The notes under the pieces were generated by a model. That model ran no database searches and was not told the origin of the DNA. It worked only from the letters and a program-made list of their open reading frames with translations. The translations under genes and the position numbers were made by a program. Positions 11,147-22,538 of a DNA stretch of 64,000 nucleotides are shown here, in pieces. Source of the stretch: Escherichia coli (GTDB taxonomy: Bacteria; Pseudomonadota; Gammaproteobacteria; Enterobacterales; Enterobacteriaceae); assembly GCF_013315695.1 (NCBI RefSeq), contig NZ_CP054353.1. One strand, 5' to 3'. The stretch's first letter is position 1; every line of letters starts with the position of its first letter.

Positions 11147-12583
11147 ATGAATCGTGATTCTTTTTATCCAGCCATCGCCTGTTTTCCGCTGTTACTGATG
11201 CTAGCCGGGTGTGCGCCTATGCATGAAACCCGCCAGGCGTTAAGCCAGCAAACACCCGCGGCACAAGTTGACACCGCATTACCCACGGCGCTGAAAAATG
11301 GTTGGCCAGACAGCCAATGGTGGCTGGAGTATCACGATAATCAACTCACCTCATTAATTAATAACGCACTACAGAACGCACCGGATATGCAGGTGGCTGA
11401 ACAGCGCATTCAGCTGGCTGAAGCCCAGGCGAAGGCAGTTGCCACTCAGGATGGTCCACAGCTCGACTTTTCTGCGGATATGGAGCGGCAAAAAATGTCG
11501 GCAGAAGGGTTAATGGGGCCGTTTGCTTTGAACGATCCTGCCGCAGGTACGACCGGTCCGTGGTACACCAACGATACTTTTGGCTTAACGGCGGGCTGGC
11601 ATCTCGATATCTGGGGAAAGACTCGGGCGGAGGTTACTGCTCGCCTCGGTACGGTTAAAGCACGGGCGGCGGAACGCGAGCAAACCCGCCAATTGCTGGC
11701 TGGCAGCGTAGCCCGCCTGTACTGGGAGTGGCAAACCCAGGCGGCGTTAAACACGGTCTTACAGCAAATCGAAAAAGAGCAGAACACCATTATCGCCACC
11801 GATCGCCAGCTATATCAGAACGGGATTACTTCTGCAGTTGAAGGTGTGGAAACCGATATTAATGCCAGCAAAACCCGGCAGCAGCTCAACGATGTCGCGG
11901 GGAAAATGAAAATTATTGAGGCACGGTTAAGTGCGCTCACCAACCACCAGACAAAGTCATTGAAGCTTAAACCGGTCGCGTTGCCGAAAGTGGCAAGTCA
12001 GCTTCCTGATGAACTCGGGTACTCCTTACTGGCCCGGCGGGCAGATTTGCAGGCGGCGCACTGGTACGTTGAGTCATCGTTAAGCACTATTGATGCGGCA
12101 AAAGCGGCATTTTATCCTGACATCAACCTGATGGCCTTTCTGCAACAGGATGCGTTGCACTTAAGCGATCTGTTCCGTCATTCCGCGCAGCAAATGGGCG
12201 TTACGGCAGGCCTGACGCTACCCATTTTCGATAGTGGTCGTCTTAACGCCAATCTCGATATCGCAAAAGCCGAAAGCAACTTGTCTATCGCCAGCTACAA
12301 CAAAGCGGTGGTTGAAGCGGTAAATGACGTGGCGCGGGCGGCCAGCCAGGTTCAGACACTGGCGGAGAAAAACCAGCATCAGGCGCAAATTGAGCACGAT
12401 GCCTTGCGTGTGGTAGGTCTTGCGCAGGCGCGCTTTAACGCGGGCATCATTGCTGGTTCCCGCGTCAGCGAAGCCAGAATCCCCGCGCTGCGTGAGCGGG
12501 CCAATGGCCTGTTATTGCAAGGGCAGTGGCTGGATGCCTCCATTCAACTCACCGGTGCGCTGGGCGGGGGTTACAAACGCTGA
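11147..12583 (+). CDS. mdtQ: outer-membrane efflux lipoprotein (OprM/NodT family) MdtQ
   Basis: MNRDSFYPAIACFPLLLMLAGC lipobox, then outer-membrane-factor repeats. Intact here (a pseudogene in K-12). Confidence 0.85.
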   Translation: MNRDSFYPAIACFPLLLMLAGCAPMHETRQALSQQTPAAQVDTALPTALKNGWPDSQWWLEYHDNQLTSLINNALQNAPDMQVAEQRIQLAEAQAKAVATQDGPQLDFSADMERQKMSAEGLMGPFALNDPAAGTTGPWYTNDTFGLTAGWHLDIWGKTRAEVTARLGTVKARAAEREQTRQLLAGSVARLYWEWQTQAALNTVLQQIEKEQNTIIATDRQLYQNGITSAVEGVETDINASKTRQQLNDVAGKMKIIEARLSALTNHQTKSLKLKPVALPKVASQLPDELGYSLLARRADLQAAHWYVESSLSTIDAAKAAFYPDINLMAFLQQDALHLSDLFRHSAQQMGVTAGLTLPIFDSGRLNANLDIAKAESNLSIASYNKAVVEAVNDVARAASQVQTLAEKNQHQAQIEHDALRVVGLAQARFNAGIIAGSRVSEARIPALRERANGLLLQGQWLDASIQLTGALGGGYKR

Positions 12584-12635
12584 TGATATGCGCCTTCTAT
12601 ACTTAACATTTATTCAGCGTTAAGTGGAGAACTCG

Positions 12636-13397
12636 ATGGCACAGGTCGCGATAATTACCGCCTCCGATTCGGGGATCGGCAAAGAGTGCGCGTTATTACT
12701 GGCGCAGCAGGGGTTTGATATTGGCATTACCTGGCACTCAGATGAAGAAGGGGCAAAAGATACCGCGCGTGAGGTAGTTAGCCACGGCGTACGTGCGGAG
12801 ATCGTGCAACTGGATCTCGGCAATCTACCAGAAGGGGCACTGGCGCTGGAGAAACTTATTCATCGGCTGGGGCGTATTGATGTGCTGGTGAATAATGCGG
12901 GCGCAATGACCAAAGCGCCGTTTCTTGATATGGCTTTCGATGAGTGGCGCAAGATTTTTACCGTTGATGTCGATGGTGCATTTTTATGCTCGCAAATTGC
13001 TGCCCGCCAGATGGTGAAGCAAGGGCAGGGCGGTCGCATCATCAACATTACATCGGTACATGAACATACGCCGCTGCCGGATGCCAGCGCCTACACAGCC
13101 GCTAAACATGCGCTCGGCGGGTTAACCAAAGCAATGGCGTTGGAGTTGGTCAGGCATAAAATTTTGGTGAACGCAGTCGCACCTGGGGCGATCGCCACGC
13201 CAATGAACGGCATGGATGACGGCGATGTGAAGCCCGACGCGGAGCCTTCGATTCCCTTGCGACGTTTTGGCACAACGCATGAGATTGCCAGTCTGGTGGT
13301 ATGGCTTTGTTCGGAGGGCGCAAATTACACCACCGGGCGGTCGTTGATAGTGGATGGCGGCTTTATGTTGGCGAATCCGCAGTTCAACCCAGAATAG
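12636..13397 (+). CDS. yohF: short-chain dehydrogenase/reductase YohF
   Basis: MAQVAIITASDSGIGKECALLLAQQGFDIGITW... SDR with TGxxxGIG and YxxxK motifs. Confidence 0.9.
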   Translation: MAQVAIITASDSGIGKECALLLAQQGFDIGITWHSDEEGAKDTAREVVSHGVRAEIVQLDLGNLPEGALALEKLIHRLGRIDVLVNNAGAMTKAPFLDMAFDEWRKIFTVDVDGAFLCSQIAARQMVKQGQGGRIINITSVHEHTPLPDASAYTAAKHALGGLTKAMALELVRHKILVNAVAPGAIATPMNGMDDGDVKPDAEPSIPLRRFGTTHEIASLVVWLCSEGANYTTGRSLIVDGGFMLANPQFNPE

Positions 13398-13429
13398 CGC
13401 AGTGAGGTGCGTGGTTATTTCATTGGGTT

Positions 13430-13505
13430 AGGCCAGATAAGACACGCCAGCGTCGCATCAGGCATGGTGCACCGGATGTCGGATGCGGCGCGAACACCTT
13501 ATCCA
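13430..13505. repeat. REP-like extragenic palindrome
   Basis: GC-rich imperfect palindromes (gccagataagacacgccagcgtcgcatcaggc...ccggatgtcggatgcggcgcgaacacc) between the convergent yohF and yohD. Confidence 0.5.
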
Positions 13506-13516
13506 GGGCAATAGTT

Positions 13517-14095
13517 TTACGCCTGATGATCCGGCTTTTTCTTCCCGCGCCGTTTCAGCCACCAGCGCACGCCTACCACCAGAACCACGACCAGAATCAA
13601 CCAGACCCAGTGCTTCAAATGCTGGTCGAGATTGTGCAACCACGGCGCAATCACCTGCCCACCAGCGTAACCGATAGTGGTAAAAATCAGCGACCAGGCA
13701 AATGCGCCGAGAATATTCAGCGGCAGAAAGATTTTCGGCGGCAGCTGGCTGGCACCAATCAGCGTCGGGCCAATGACCCGAAAGCCATACATAAAACGCG
13801 TACCAATGACAAACAGATACGGATGGCGTTGGATAAGTTTCTGCGCCCGCTCAATTTTATCCTGATGTTTCGAGAAACGGCGTAACAGCTTGCCGCCAAA
13901 CCGCCGCCCGCACAGATAAAGCACCTGGTCGCCAATCATGCCGCCAAGCGCCACAGAAAGTACCACCAGCGGGAACTTTAATAGCCCCTGATGTGCCGCA
14001 ACGCCTCCCAGCAAAGTCACGGTTTCACCTTCCGCCAGGCTACCGATCACCAGCGCGGCATAACCATATTGTGAGATGAGTGTATTGAGATCCAT
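13517..14095 (-). CDS. yohD: DedA-family inner-membrane protein YohD
   Basis: MDLNTLISQYGYAALVIGSLAEGETVTLLGG..., DedA/SNARE-associated family. Confidence 0.85.
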   Translation of the reverse strand: MDLNTLISQYGYAALVIGSLAEGETVTLLGGVAAHQGLLKFPLVVLSVALGGMIGDQVLYLCGRRFGGKLLRRFSKHQDKIERAQKLIQRHPYLFVIGTRFMYGFRVIGPTLIGASQLPPKIFLPLNILGAFAWSLIFTTIGYAGGQVIAPWLHNLDQHLKHWVWLILVVVLVVGVRWWLKRRGKKKPDHQA

Positions 14096-14264
14096 AGGAC
14101 AGTCTGTCTCCCTTTGCTTGCCTGTAAGCATACACCCTGTGAATCATTCACGCTGAAAAAGGACGTACATCAGACGGTGCAAATTACATGAGCGAACAAA
14201 AAATAATCACAAGCTGACTTATACTTGAACTGTCAGGTTCATGAACTCACAACAAGGGGGCGGT

Positions 14265-14852
14265 ATGAGCCATGTCTGGGGACTGTTTTCCCATCCCGAT
14301 CGTGAAATGCAGGTGATTAATCGCGAAAACGAAACGATTTCTCACCATTACACCCACCACGTTTTGCTGATGGCGGCGATTCCGGTGATTTGCGCCTTCA
14401 TTGGCACTACACAGATTGGCTGGAATTTTGGCGATGGCACTATCCTGAAGTTATCCTGGTTTACCGGACTGGCGCTGGCTGTCTTGTTTTACGGCGTTAT
14501 GCTGGCTGGGGTTGCGGTGATGGGGCGGGTCATCTGGTGGATGGCGCGTAATTATCCGCAGCGTCCGTCACTTGCGCACTGCATGGTCTTCGCGGGCTAC
14601 GTTGCAACTCCGCTGTTTTTAAGCGGTCTGGTGGCGCTTTACCCGCTGGTCTGGTTGTGTGCGCTGGTCGGCACGGTGGCGCTGTTTTACACCGGCTACC
14701 TGCTGTATCTCGGTATTCCGAGCTTCCTGAATATCAACAAAGAGGAAGGACTTAGCTTCTCCAGTTCGACACTGGCGATAGGCGTGCTGGTGCTGGAAGT
14801 GCTGCTCGCCCTTACCGTTATACTATGGGGCTACGGTTATCGTTTGTTCTAG
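14265..14852 (+). CDS. yohC: Yip1-family inner-membrane protein YohC
   Basis: MSHVWGLFSHPDREMQ... with multiple TM helices. Confidence 0.85.
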   Translation: MSHVWGLFSHPDREMQVINRENETISHHYTHHVLLMAAIPVICAFIGTTQIGWNFGDGTILKLSWFTGLALAVLFYGVMLAGVAVMGRVIWWMARNYPQRPSLAHCMVFAGYVATPLFLSGLVALYPLVWLCALVGTVALFYTGYLLYLGIPSFLNINKEEGLSFSSSTLAIGVLVLEVLLALTVILWGYGYRLF

Positions 14853-15025
14853 AAAGTTCTTTTGCGCTGCATTGCTGGCGTAAATGTCAGCAATGCAGCA
14901 TTTCCTCACGATTCTTCTTTGACGATCGCACTTTTTGCTCGTTATGATGGCGTCGCTAGCCTCAGTAAATCCTTACTCCGGCGGTGCGCAACCCGTGCGC
15001 GTGAACCACTATCTGAATGCTCATC

Positions 15026-15958
15026 ATGCCGAAATTTCGAGTTTCTTTATTTAGCCTGGCCCTGATGCTGGCTGTGCCTTTTGCACCGCAGGCCGTTGCG
15101 AAAACGGCAGCCGCTACCACCGCGTCACAACCGGAAATTGCCTCCGGTAGCGCGATGATTGTTGATCTGAATACCAACAAAGTGATCTATTCGAACCACC
15201 CGGATCTGGTGCGTCCGATTGCGTCTATCAGCAAATTAATGACCGCGATGGTTGTGCTGGATGCACGACTGCCGCTGGATGAAAAACTAAAAGTGGATAT
15301 CAGCCAGACGCCGGAGATGAAAGGGGTCTATTCGCGCGTACGACTGAACAGCGAAATCAGCCGTAAAGATATGCTGTTGCTGGCGCTGATGTCTTCAGAA
15401 AACCGCGCGGCGGCAAGCCTTGCGCACCATTATCCCGGTGGTTACAAAGCCTTTATTAAGGCGATGAACGCGAAAGCGAAATCGCTCGGAATGAACAACA
15501 CGCGCTTTGTTGAACCAACCGGATTGTCGGTGCATAACGTTTCAACCGCCCGTGACTTAACCAAACTGCTCATTGCCAGCAAACAATATCCGCTGATCGG
15601 GCAGTTAAGTACCACCCGGGAAGATATGGCAACCTTCTCTAACCCGACGTATACGCTGCCGTTCCGCAATACTAACCATCTGGTGTATCGCGATAACTGG
15701 AATATTCAGTTAACTAAAACCGGCTTTACCAATGCGGCGGGCCATTGTCTGGTGATGCGTACGGTTATCAATAATAAACCGGTGGCGCTGGTAGTGATGG
15801 ACGCGTTTGGCAAATATACCCATTTTGCCGATGCCAGCCGCCTGCGTACCTGGATTGAGACCGGTAAAGTGATGCCTGTTCCGGCAGCAGCGTTGAGCTA
15901 TAAAAAACAAAAAGCCGCCCAGATGGCGGCGGCGGGGCAGACGGCACAGAACGATTAA
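15026..15958 (+). CDS. pbpG: D-alanyl-D-alanine endopeptidase PBP7
   Basis: [25 protein letters not shown] signal peptide; SxxK (SISK) and SxN (SSEN) motifs. Confidence 0.9.
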
Positions 15959-15996
15959 ATGAATGACGGATGGCGATACTCTGCCATCCGTAATTT

Positions 15997-17712
15997 TTAC
16001 TCCACTTCCTGCCAGTTTTTCCGCTTACTGGTTTTACCGATCCCCGGATTCATACTGTTGGTCGGATCGTTCTCGCGATAGAACTTCTGCAACGTCTCCG
16101 GTGCTTTATACAAATGACCGACGTTATGCTCGGCAGGGTATTGCGCGCCGCGCTGCTGCAGCAGTTCCAGCATCTGTTCTTTCAACGCATGCACATCCAC
16201 GCCTTTTTTCACGATGTAATCCTGATGGAAGACATAGCACATAAAATGGCCGTAATAGAGCTTGTGCACCAGCTGGCTGTCGATCTCCGGCGGTAAATGC
16301 TCATACCATTCGGTGTCGTTACGCCGCAGAGCGATATCCAGCGCCAGAATGTCTTCGACTTCATCGGAATGCACAGCCTGATAACGAATTGCTGCGCCCG
16401 CAGCGGCGAAACGGTGTAAAAACGCTTTGCTGCCTTCCTCCGGCGTACAGACAAAGAAATCGCCCTCGGCCTGTTTGAAATAATCCACCAGCCACGATTT
16501 GGCTTCACCGACGCCATCGCCCGCCATTTTTAACAGCAGATGATGCTCGTATTTATCGCGCCAGTTTTTCATGCGTGGCGGTAAATGGCTGGGGAACAGG
16601 TGACCGAATTTTTGCATTGCACGGTCGGTAAAATGCGGACGGAAGAATTTCACTTTCTCCAGCATCGCATCGGTGCGTCCCTTGAGATTAAAGAAGAACG
16701 GCATCTTGTCGGTGCCTAACTTATCAATCATCAGGAAGGTGTCTTTGCCGTATTTTTCCGCAATATCGTAGATATCCCGGTGCATATATTCCCCGGCAAC
16801 CGGCAAATTTTCGAAATTAGCCAGAATATGACGGCGGATTTCGGTCAGCACTTCCGGCTGGTTGGTGCCGATATAAAACACCTGCTGATTTTTTTCCGCT
16901 TCGAAGGTATCAAGACGTACCGCAAAGACGGCCAGCTTACCTGCGCAACCAGAAGATTCAAATAACCGATCCGGATCAGCGTTATAACGTGCGGGCGTGT
17001 CGGCTTCAATATCACGAACGCGGTGGACATAGTCATAATCGTGGGCGTGACGACCATCGTGGCGCACATCGTCATCTTTGATGCGATCGTCATCCAGCTT
17101 GCTAAGGATCTGCTCCGGCGTTTCGCCCAGATCAATCCCCAGATGGTTAACCAGCGTCAGCTTGCCATCTTCATTTATACGCGCGAATAACGACATTTCG
17201 GTATACGCCGGGCCACGTTGCACCAGCGAACCACCAGAGTTATTACAGATACCGCCGATGACCGATGCGCCTATACACGATGATCCAATCACCGAGTGCG
17301 GTTCGCGTCCCAGCGGTTTGAGGGCTTTTTCCAGTGAATAGAGCGTGGTGCCCGGATAGGCCAGCACCTGTTCGCCCTTGCCGAGAACGTGTAGCTTGTC
17401 GAGACGCAGGGTGCTGATGATCACGATATCGCGATCATAGTCGTTACCGTTTGGCGTAGATCCTTCGGTCAGACCTGTATTGGCGGCCTGCATGAGAATA
17501 ATTTTGTCGGCGGTGACGCAGGCTTTCAGCACCCGCCACAATTCCAGTAGTGAGCCAGGGAAAACGACAGCCAGCGCGTCGCCCTGACCAGAACGGAAGC
17601 CCTTGCGATAGCGGGCCGTTTTTGCGGGATCGGTGAGCAGGTGTGAATGACCGACCAGACGGGCAAGTTCATTCAAAAAGGCTTTATTATCAGTTGTTGT
17701 CATGGAAGACAT
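15997..17712 (-). CDS. dld: FAD-dependent D-lactate dehydrogenase
   Basis: MSSMTTTDNKAFLNELARLVG... matches the K-12 Dld N-terminus. About 571 aa from the second Met. Confidence 0.9.
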   Translation of the reverse strand: MSSMTTTDNKAFLNELARLVGHSHLLTDPAKTARYRKGFRSGQGDALAVVFPGSLLELWRVLKACVTADKIILMQAANTGLTEGSTPNGNDYDRDIVIISTLRLDKLHVLGKGEQVLAYPGTTLYSLEKALKPLGREPHSVIGSSCIGASVIGGICNNSGGSLVQRGPAYTEMSLFARINEDGKLTLVNHLGIDLGETPEQILSKLDDDRIKDDDVRHDGRHAHDYDYVHRVRDIEADTPARYNADPDRLFESSGCAGKLAVFAVRLDTFEAEKNQQVFYIGTNQPEVLTEIRRHILANFENLPVAGEYMHRDIYDIAEKYGKDTFLMIDKLGTDKMPFFFNLKGRTDAMLEKVKFFRPHFTDRAMQKFGHLFPSHLPPRMKNWRDKYEHHLLLKMAGDGVGEAKSWLVDYFKQAEGDFFVCTPEEGSKAFLHRFAAAGAAIRYQAVHSDEVEDILALDIALRRNDTEWYEHLPPEIDSQLVHKLYYGHFMCYVFHQDYIVKKGVDVHALKEQMLELLQQRGAQYPAEHNVGHLYKAPETLQKFYRENDPTNSMNPGIGKTSKRKNWQEVE

Positions 17713-17907
17713 TTTCCACTCCTTGTGGTGGCGAAAAAATATCACAAACTAGAATAGCGCCTTGTATGACAATTCAGCGAGTGAATATTTTGAAAATTCA
17801 GACAATAAACTGAGCATTCTTTTTCTCTCTCTATCATGCTTATGGCAAACTACGGTTTTTGCACCATTTTCGCTGCCTCGTCGGGCAACAGAGGAAGAAA
17901 AATCCAT

Positions 17908-20205
17908 ATGAAATGGCTATGTTCAGTAGGAATCGCGGTGAGTCTGGCCCTGCAGCCAGCACTGGCGGATGATTTATTCGGCAACCATCCATTAACGCCC
18001 GAAGCGCGGGATGCGTTCGTCACCGAACTGCTTAAGAAAATGACAGTTGATGAGAAAATTGGTCAGCTGCGTTTAATCAGCGTCGGCCCGGATAATCCGA
18101 AAGAGGCGATCCGCGAGATGATCAAAGACGGGCAGGTTGGGGCGATTTTCAACACCGTAACCCGTCAGGATATCCGCGCCATGCAGGATCAGGTGATGGA
18201 ATTAAGCCGCCTGAAAATTCCTCTTTTCTTTGCTTACGACGTGCTGCACGGTCAGCGCACGGTGTTCCCGATTAGCCTCGGTCTGGCCTCGTCTTTTAAC
18301 CTCGATGCGGTGAAAACAGTCGGGCGTGTCTCTGCTTATGAAGCGGCAGATGATGGCCTGAATATGACCTGGGCACCGATGGTCGATGTTTCGCGCGATC
18401 CGCGCTGGGGACGTGCTTCCGAAGGTTTTGGCGAAGATACGTATCTCACCTCAATAATGGGTAAAACCATGGTGCAAGCGATGCAGGGTAAAAGTCCGGC
18501 AGATCGCTACTCGGTGATGACCAGCGTCAAACACTTTGCCGCTTACGGCGCGGTAGAAGGCGGTAAAGAGTACAACACCGTCGATATGAGTCCGCAGCGC
18601 CTGTTTAATGATTATATGCCGCCGTACAAAGCGGGGCTGGACGCAGGCAGCGGCGCGGTGATGGTGGCGCTGAACTCGCTGAACGGCACGCCAGCCACCT
18701 CCGACTCCTGGCTGCTGAAAGATGTTCTGCGCGACCAGTGGGGCTTTAAAGGCATCACCGTTTCCGATCACGGCGCAATCAAAGAGCTGATTAAACATGG
18801 CACAGCGGCAGACCCGGAAGATGCGGTGCGCGTGGCGCTGAAATCCGGCATCAACATGAGTATGAGCGACGAGTATTACTCGAAGTATCTGCCTGGGTTG
18901 ATCAAATCCGGCAAAGTGACGATGGAAGAGCTGGATGACGCTGCCCGTCATGTACTGAACGTTAAATATGATATGGGGTTGTTTAACGACCCGTACAGCC
19001 ATCTCGGTCCGAAAGAGTCTGACCCGGTGGATACCAATGCCGAAAGCCGCCTGCACCGCAAAGAAGCGCGTGAAGTGGCACGCGAAAGCCTGGTGTTGCT
19101 GAAAAACCGTCTCGAAACGTTACCGCTGAAAAAATCAGCCACCATTGCGGTGGTTGGGCCATTGGCGGACAGCAAACGTGACGTGATGGGCAGCTGGTCC
19201 GCAGCCGGTGTTGCCGATCAATCTGTTACTGTGCTAACAGGGATTAAAAACGCCGTCGGTGAAAACGGTAAAGTGCTGTACGCCAAAGGGGCGAACGTCA
19301 CCAGTGACAAAGGCATTATCGATTTCCTGAATCAGTATGAAGAGGCGGTCAAAGTCGACCCGCGCTCGCCGCAAGAGATGATTGATGAAGCGGTGCAAAC
19401 CGCGAAGCAATCTGATGTGGTGGTGGCTGTGGTCGGTGAAGCTCAGGGGATGGCGCACGAGGCCTCCAGCCGTACCGATATCACTATTCCGCAAAGCCAA
19501 CGTGACTTGATTGCGGCGCTGAAAGCCACCGGTAAACCACTGGTGCTGGTGCTGATGAACGGACGTCCGCTGGCGCTGGTGAAAGAAGATCAGCAGGCTG
19601 ATGCGATTCTGGAAACCTGGTTTGCGGGGACTGAAGGCGGTAATGCAATTGCCGATGTATTGTTTGGCGATTATAACCCGTCCGGCAAGCTGCCGATGTC
19701 CTTCCCGCGTTCTGTCGGGCAGATCCCGGTGTACTACAGCCATCTGAATACCGGTCGCCCGTATAATGCCGACAAGCCGAACAAATACACTTCGCGTTAT
19801 TTTGATGAAGCTAACGGGGCGCTTTATCCGTTCGGCTATGGTCTGAGCTATACCACTTTCACCGTCTCTGATGTGAAACTTTCTGCGCCGACCATGAAGC
19901 GTGACGGCAAAGTGACCGCCAGCGTGCAGGTGACGAACACCGGTAAGCGCGAAGGGGTGACGGTAGTTCAGATGTACCTGCAGGATGTGACGGCTTCCAT
20001 GAGTCGCCCGGTAAAACAGCTGAAAGGCTTTGAGAAAATCACCCTGAAACCGGGCGAAACCCAGACTGTCAGCTTCCCGATTGATATCGAGGCGCTGAAG
20101 TTCTGGAATCAACAGATGAAATATGACGCCGAGCCTGGCAAGTTCAATGTCTTTATCGGCACTGATTCCGCACGCGTTAAGAAAGGCGAGTTTGAGTTGC
20201 TGTAA
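17908..20205 (+). CDS. bglX: periplasmic beta-glucosidase (GH3)
   Basis: MKWLCSVGIAVSLALQPALA signal peptide followed by GH3 domains. 765 aa from this ATG. Confidence 0.9.
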   Translation: MKWLCSVGIAVSLALQPALADDLFGNHPLTPEARDAFVTELLKKMTVDEKIGQLRLISVGPDNPKEAIREMIKDGQVGAIFNTVTRQDIRAMQDQVMELSRLKIPLFFAYDVLHGQRTVFPISLGLASSFNLDAVKTVGRVSAYEAADDGLNMTWAPMVDVSRDPRWGRASEGFGEDTYLTSIMGKTMVQAMQGKSPADRYSVMTSVKHFAAYGAVEGGKEYNTVDMSPQRLFNDYMPPYKAGLDAGSGAVMVALNSLNGTPATSDSWLLKDVLRDQWGFKGITVSDHGAIKELIKHGTAADPEDAVRVALKSGINMSMSDEYYSKYLPGLIKSGKVTMEELDDAARHVLNVKYDMGLFNDPYSHLGPKESDPVDTNAESRLHRKEAREVARESLVLLKNRLETLPLKKSATIAVVGPLADSKRDVMGSWSAAGVADQSVTVLTGIKNAVGENGKVLYAKGANVTSDKGIIDFLNQYEEAVKVDPRSPQEMIDEAVQTAKQSDVVVAVVGEAQGMAHEASSRTDITIPQSQRDLIAALKATGKPLVLVLMNGRPLALVKEDQQADAILETWFAGTEGGNAIADVLFGDYNPSGKLPMSFPRSVGQIPVYYSHLNTGRPYNADKPNKYTSRYFDEANGALYPFGYGLSYTTFTVSDVKLSAPTMKRDGKVTASVQVTNTGKREGVTVVQMYLQDVTASMSRPVKQLKGFEKITLKPGETQTVSFPIDIEALKFWNQQMKYDAEPGKFNVFIGTDSARVKKGEFELL

Positions 20206-20269
20206 TGCTTTAGCAAGGGCGCGACGTTTGCGCCCTTTGCCTGATGTTCATATCTTAACTTGCTGAATT

Positions 20270-20345
20270 TTCGCCCTTTGTAGGCCGGATAAGGCGCTCG
20301 CGCCGCATCCGGCAGGAAACGCCGGACCGAATATGCCTCTTAAGT
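20270..20345. repeat. REP element
   Basis: tgtaggccggataaggcgctcgcgccgcatccggcagg is the classic REP consensus, downstream of bglX. Confidence 0.7.
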
Positions 20346-20456
20346 ATTTATCTGATTCTGTAACTGAATCCGTCCGCTCAGGCTAACCCTGTCATTATCA
20401 ACTATGCTTTTCTCTTAATTCGCTGAAAACAACAGTAAAAGAATGAGGAAAGCATC

Positions 20457-21374
20457 ATGCCACTCTCAAAGGTCTGGGCAGGTTCACTGGTTTTGTTGGC
20501 AGCCGTGAGCCTGCCGCTGCACGCGGCTTCCCCAGTTAAAGTCGGTTCAAAAATCGATACCGAAGGCGCGCTGCTCGGCAATATCATTTTGCAGGTGCTG
20601 GAAAGCCACGGCGTACCAACGGTCAATAAAGTGCAACTTGGAACGACTCCTGTGGTGCGCGGGGCGATTACTTCCGGTGAACTGGATATCTATCCGGAAT
20701 ATACCGGCAATGGCGCGTTTTTCTTTAAAGATGAAAACGATGCGGCATGGAAAAATGCCGGGCAGGGCTACGAGAAAGTCAAAAAGCTCGATGCAGAGCA
20801 AAACAAGTTAATCTGGCTGACGCCCGCACCTGCGAATAACACCTGGACCATCGCCGTGCGTCAGGATGTGGCAGAGAAAAATAAACTCACTTCGCTTGCT
20901 GACCTGAGTCGTTACCTGAAAGAGGGCGGCACCTTCAAACTGGCTGCCTCAGCAGAGTTTATCGAACGCGCCGATGCGTTACCCGCGTTTGAAAAAGCCT
21001 ATGGCTTTAAGCTCGGTCAGGATCAGTTGCTGTCACTGGCTGGTGGCGATACGGCAGTGACGATCAAAGCCGCTGCTCAGCAAACCTCTGGCGTTAATGC
21101 CGCAATGGCTTACGGTACCGACGGTCCGGTCGCGGCGCTGGGGCTGCAAACCTTAAGCGATCCGCAAGGCGTGCAACCTATCTACGCACCTGCACCAGTG
21201 GTGCGTGAATCGGTGTTGAAGGAGTATCCGCAAATGGCACAGTGGCTACAGCCAGTCTTCGCCAGCCTCGATGCAAAAACATTGCAGCAACTGAATGCCA
21301 GCATTGCTGTGGAAGGACTGGATGCCAAAAAAGTGGCTGCCGACTACCTGAAACAAAAAGGGTGGACGAAGTAA
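20457..21374 (+). CDS. osmF: glycine betaine/osmoprotectant ABC transporter periplasmic binding protein
   Basis: MPLSKVWAGSLVLLAAVSLPLHAASPVKVGSKIDTEGALLGNIILQVLE..., YehZ/OsmF. Confidence 0.9.
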   Translation: MPLSKVWAGSLVLLAAVSLPLHAASPVKVGSKIDTEGALLGNIILQVLESHGVPTVNKVQLGTTPVVRGAITSGELDIYPEYTGNGAFFFKDENDAAWKNAGQGYEKVKKLDAEQNKLIWLTPAPANNTWTIAVRQDVAEKNKLTSLADLSRYLKEGGTFKLAASAEFIERADALPAFEKAYGFKLGQDQLLSLAGGDTAVTIKAAAQQTSGVNAAMAYGTDGPVAALGLQTLSDPQGVQPIYAPAPVVRESVLKEYPQMAQWLQPVFASLDAKTLQQLNASIAVEGLDAKKVAADYLKQKGWTK

Positions 21375-21380
21375 TTTCCC

Positions 21381-22538
21381 GTGACTTATCTACGTATTAA
21401 TCCTGTTCTGGCGCTGTTGCTGTTGCTGACGGCAATCGCAGCGGCGCTGCCGTTTATCAGTTACGCGCCTAATCGTTTAGTTTCGGGTGAGGGGCGTCAT
21501 CTCTGGCAGCTGTGGCCGCAAACGATCTGGATGCTGGTGGGCGTTGGTTGCGCCTGGATGACAGCCTGTTTTATTCCCGCTAAAAAAGGCAGCATTTTTG
21601 CACTCATTCTGGCGCAATTCGTCTTCGTATTGCTGGTGTGGGGAGCAGGAAAGGCGGCGACACAACTGGCACAAAATGGCAGTGCGCTGGCGCGTACCAG
21701 CCTCGGCAGTGGTTTCTGGCTGGCTGCGGCGCTGGCATTGCTGGCCTGTAGCGATGCCATCCGCCGAATCTCCACGCATCCGCTGTGGCGCTGGTTGTTG
21801 CATATGCAGATTGCCATTATTCCGCTGTGGTTGCTGTACTCCGGCACGCTTAACGATCTCTCGCTAATGAAAGAATACGCCAACCGTCAGGATGTGTTTG
21901 ACGACGCGCTGGCACAACATCTGACGTTGCTGTTTGGTGCGGTGCTGCCTGCGTTAGTGATTGGTGTGCCGTTGGGCGTCTGGTGCTACTTTTCCACTGC
22001 GCGGCAGGGGGCGATTTTTTCGCTACTCAATGTCATTCAGACCGTGCCTTCGGTGGCGCTCTTTGGCCTGTTGATTGCGCCGCTTGCCGCGCTGGTTACG
22101 GCCTTTCCGTGGCTGGGTAAGCTCGGCATAGCAGGAACCGGAATGACACCCGCACTGATTGCGCTGGTGCTCTATGCCTTGCTGCCGCTGGTGCGCGGCG
22201 TGGTAGTCGGCTTGAACCAGATCCCGCGCGATGTGCTGGAGAGCGCCAGAGCGATGGGCATGAGCGGGGCGCAGCGATTCCTGCATGTTCAGTTACCGCT
22301 GGCGTTACCGGTATTTCTGCGTAGCCTGCGGGTGGTGATGGTGCAAACCGTCGGCATGGCGGTGATTGCGGCGTTAATCGGCGCAGGCGGTTTTGGTGCG
22401 CTGGTTTTCCAGGGGCTGCTAAGCAGTGCCATTGATTTAGTGTTGCTGGGGGTGATCCCGGTAATTGTTCTGGCGGTGCTGATCGATGCGCTGTTCGATT
22501 TGCTTATCGCACTGCTGAAGGTGAAACGTAATGATTGA
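21381..22538 (+). CDS. yehY: osmoprotectant ABC transporter permease
   Basis: 385-aa polytopic permease; its stop overlaps the yehX start. Confidence 0.85.
   Translation: MTYLRINPVLALLLLLTAIAAALPFISYAPNRLVSGEGRHLWQLWPQTIWMLVGVGCAWMTACFIPAKKGSIFALILAQFVFVLLVWGAGKAATQLAQNGSALARTSLGSGFWLAAALALLACSDAIRRISTHPLWRWLLHMQIAIIPLWLLYSGTLNDLSLMKEYANRQDVFDDALAQHLTLLFGAVLPALVIGVPLGVWCYFSTARQGAIFSLLNVIQTVPSVALFGLLIAPLAALVTAFPWLGKLGIAGTGMTPALIALVLYALLPLVRGVVVGLNQIPRDVLESARAMGMSGAQRFLHVQLPLALPVFLRSLRVVMVQTVGMAVIAALIGAGGFGALVFQGLLSSAIDLVLLGVIPVIVLAVLIDALFDLLIALLKVKRND

Noticed and set aside
13458-13885. ORFs overlapping the REP element and yohD on the plus strand
   Set aside because: They overlap yohD in antisense and the REP palindrome; composition-driven.
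18451-20112. Long minus-strand ORFs (201 and 292 aa) inside bglX
   Set aside because: Antisense to a well-supported gene. The translations are His/Arg-rich with no domain logic.
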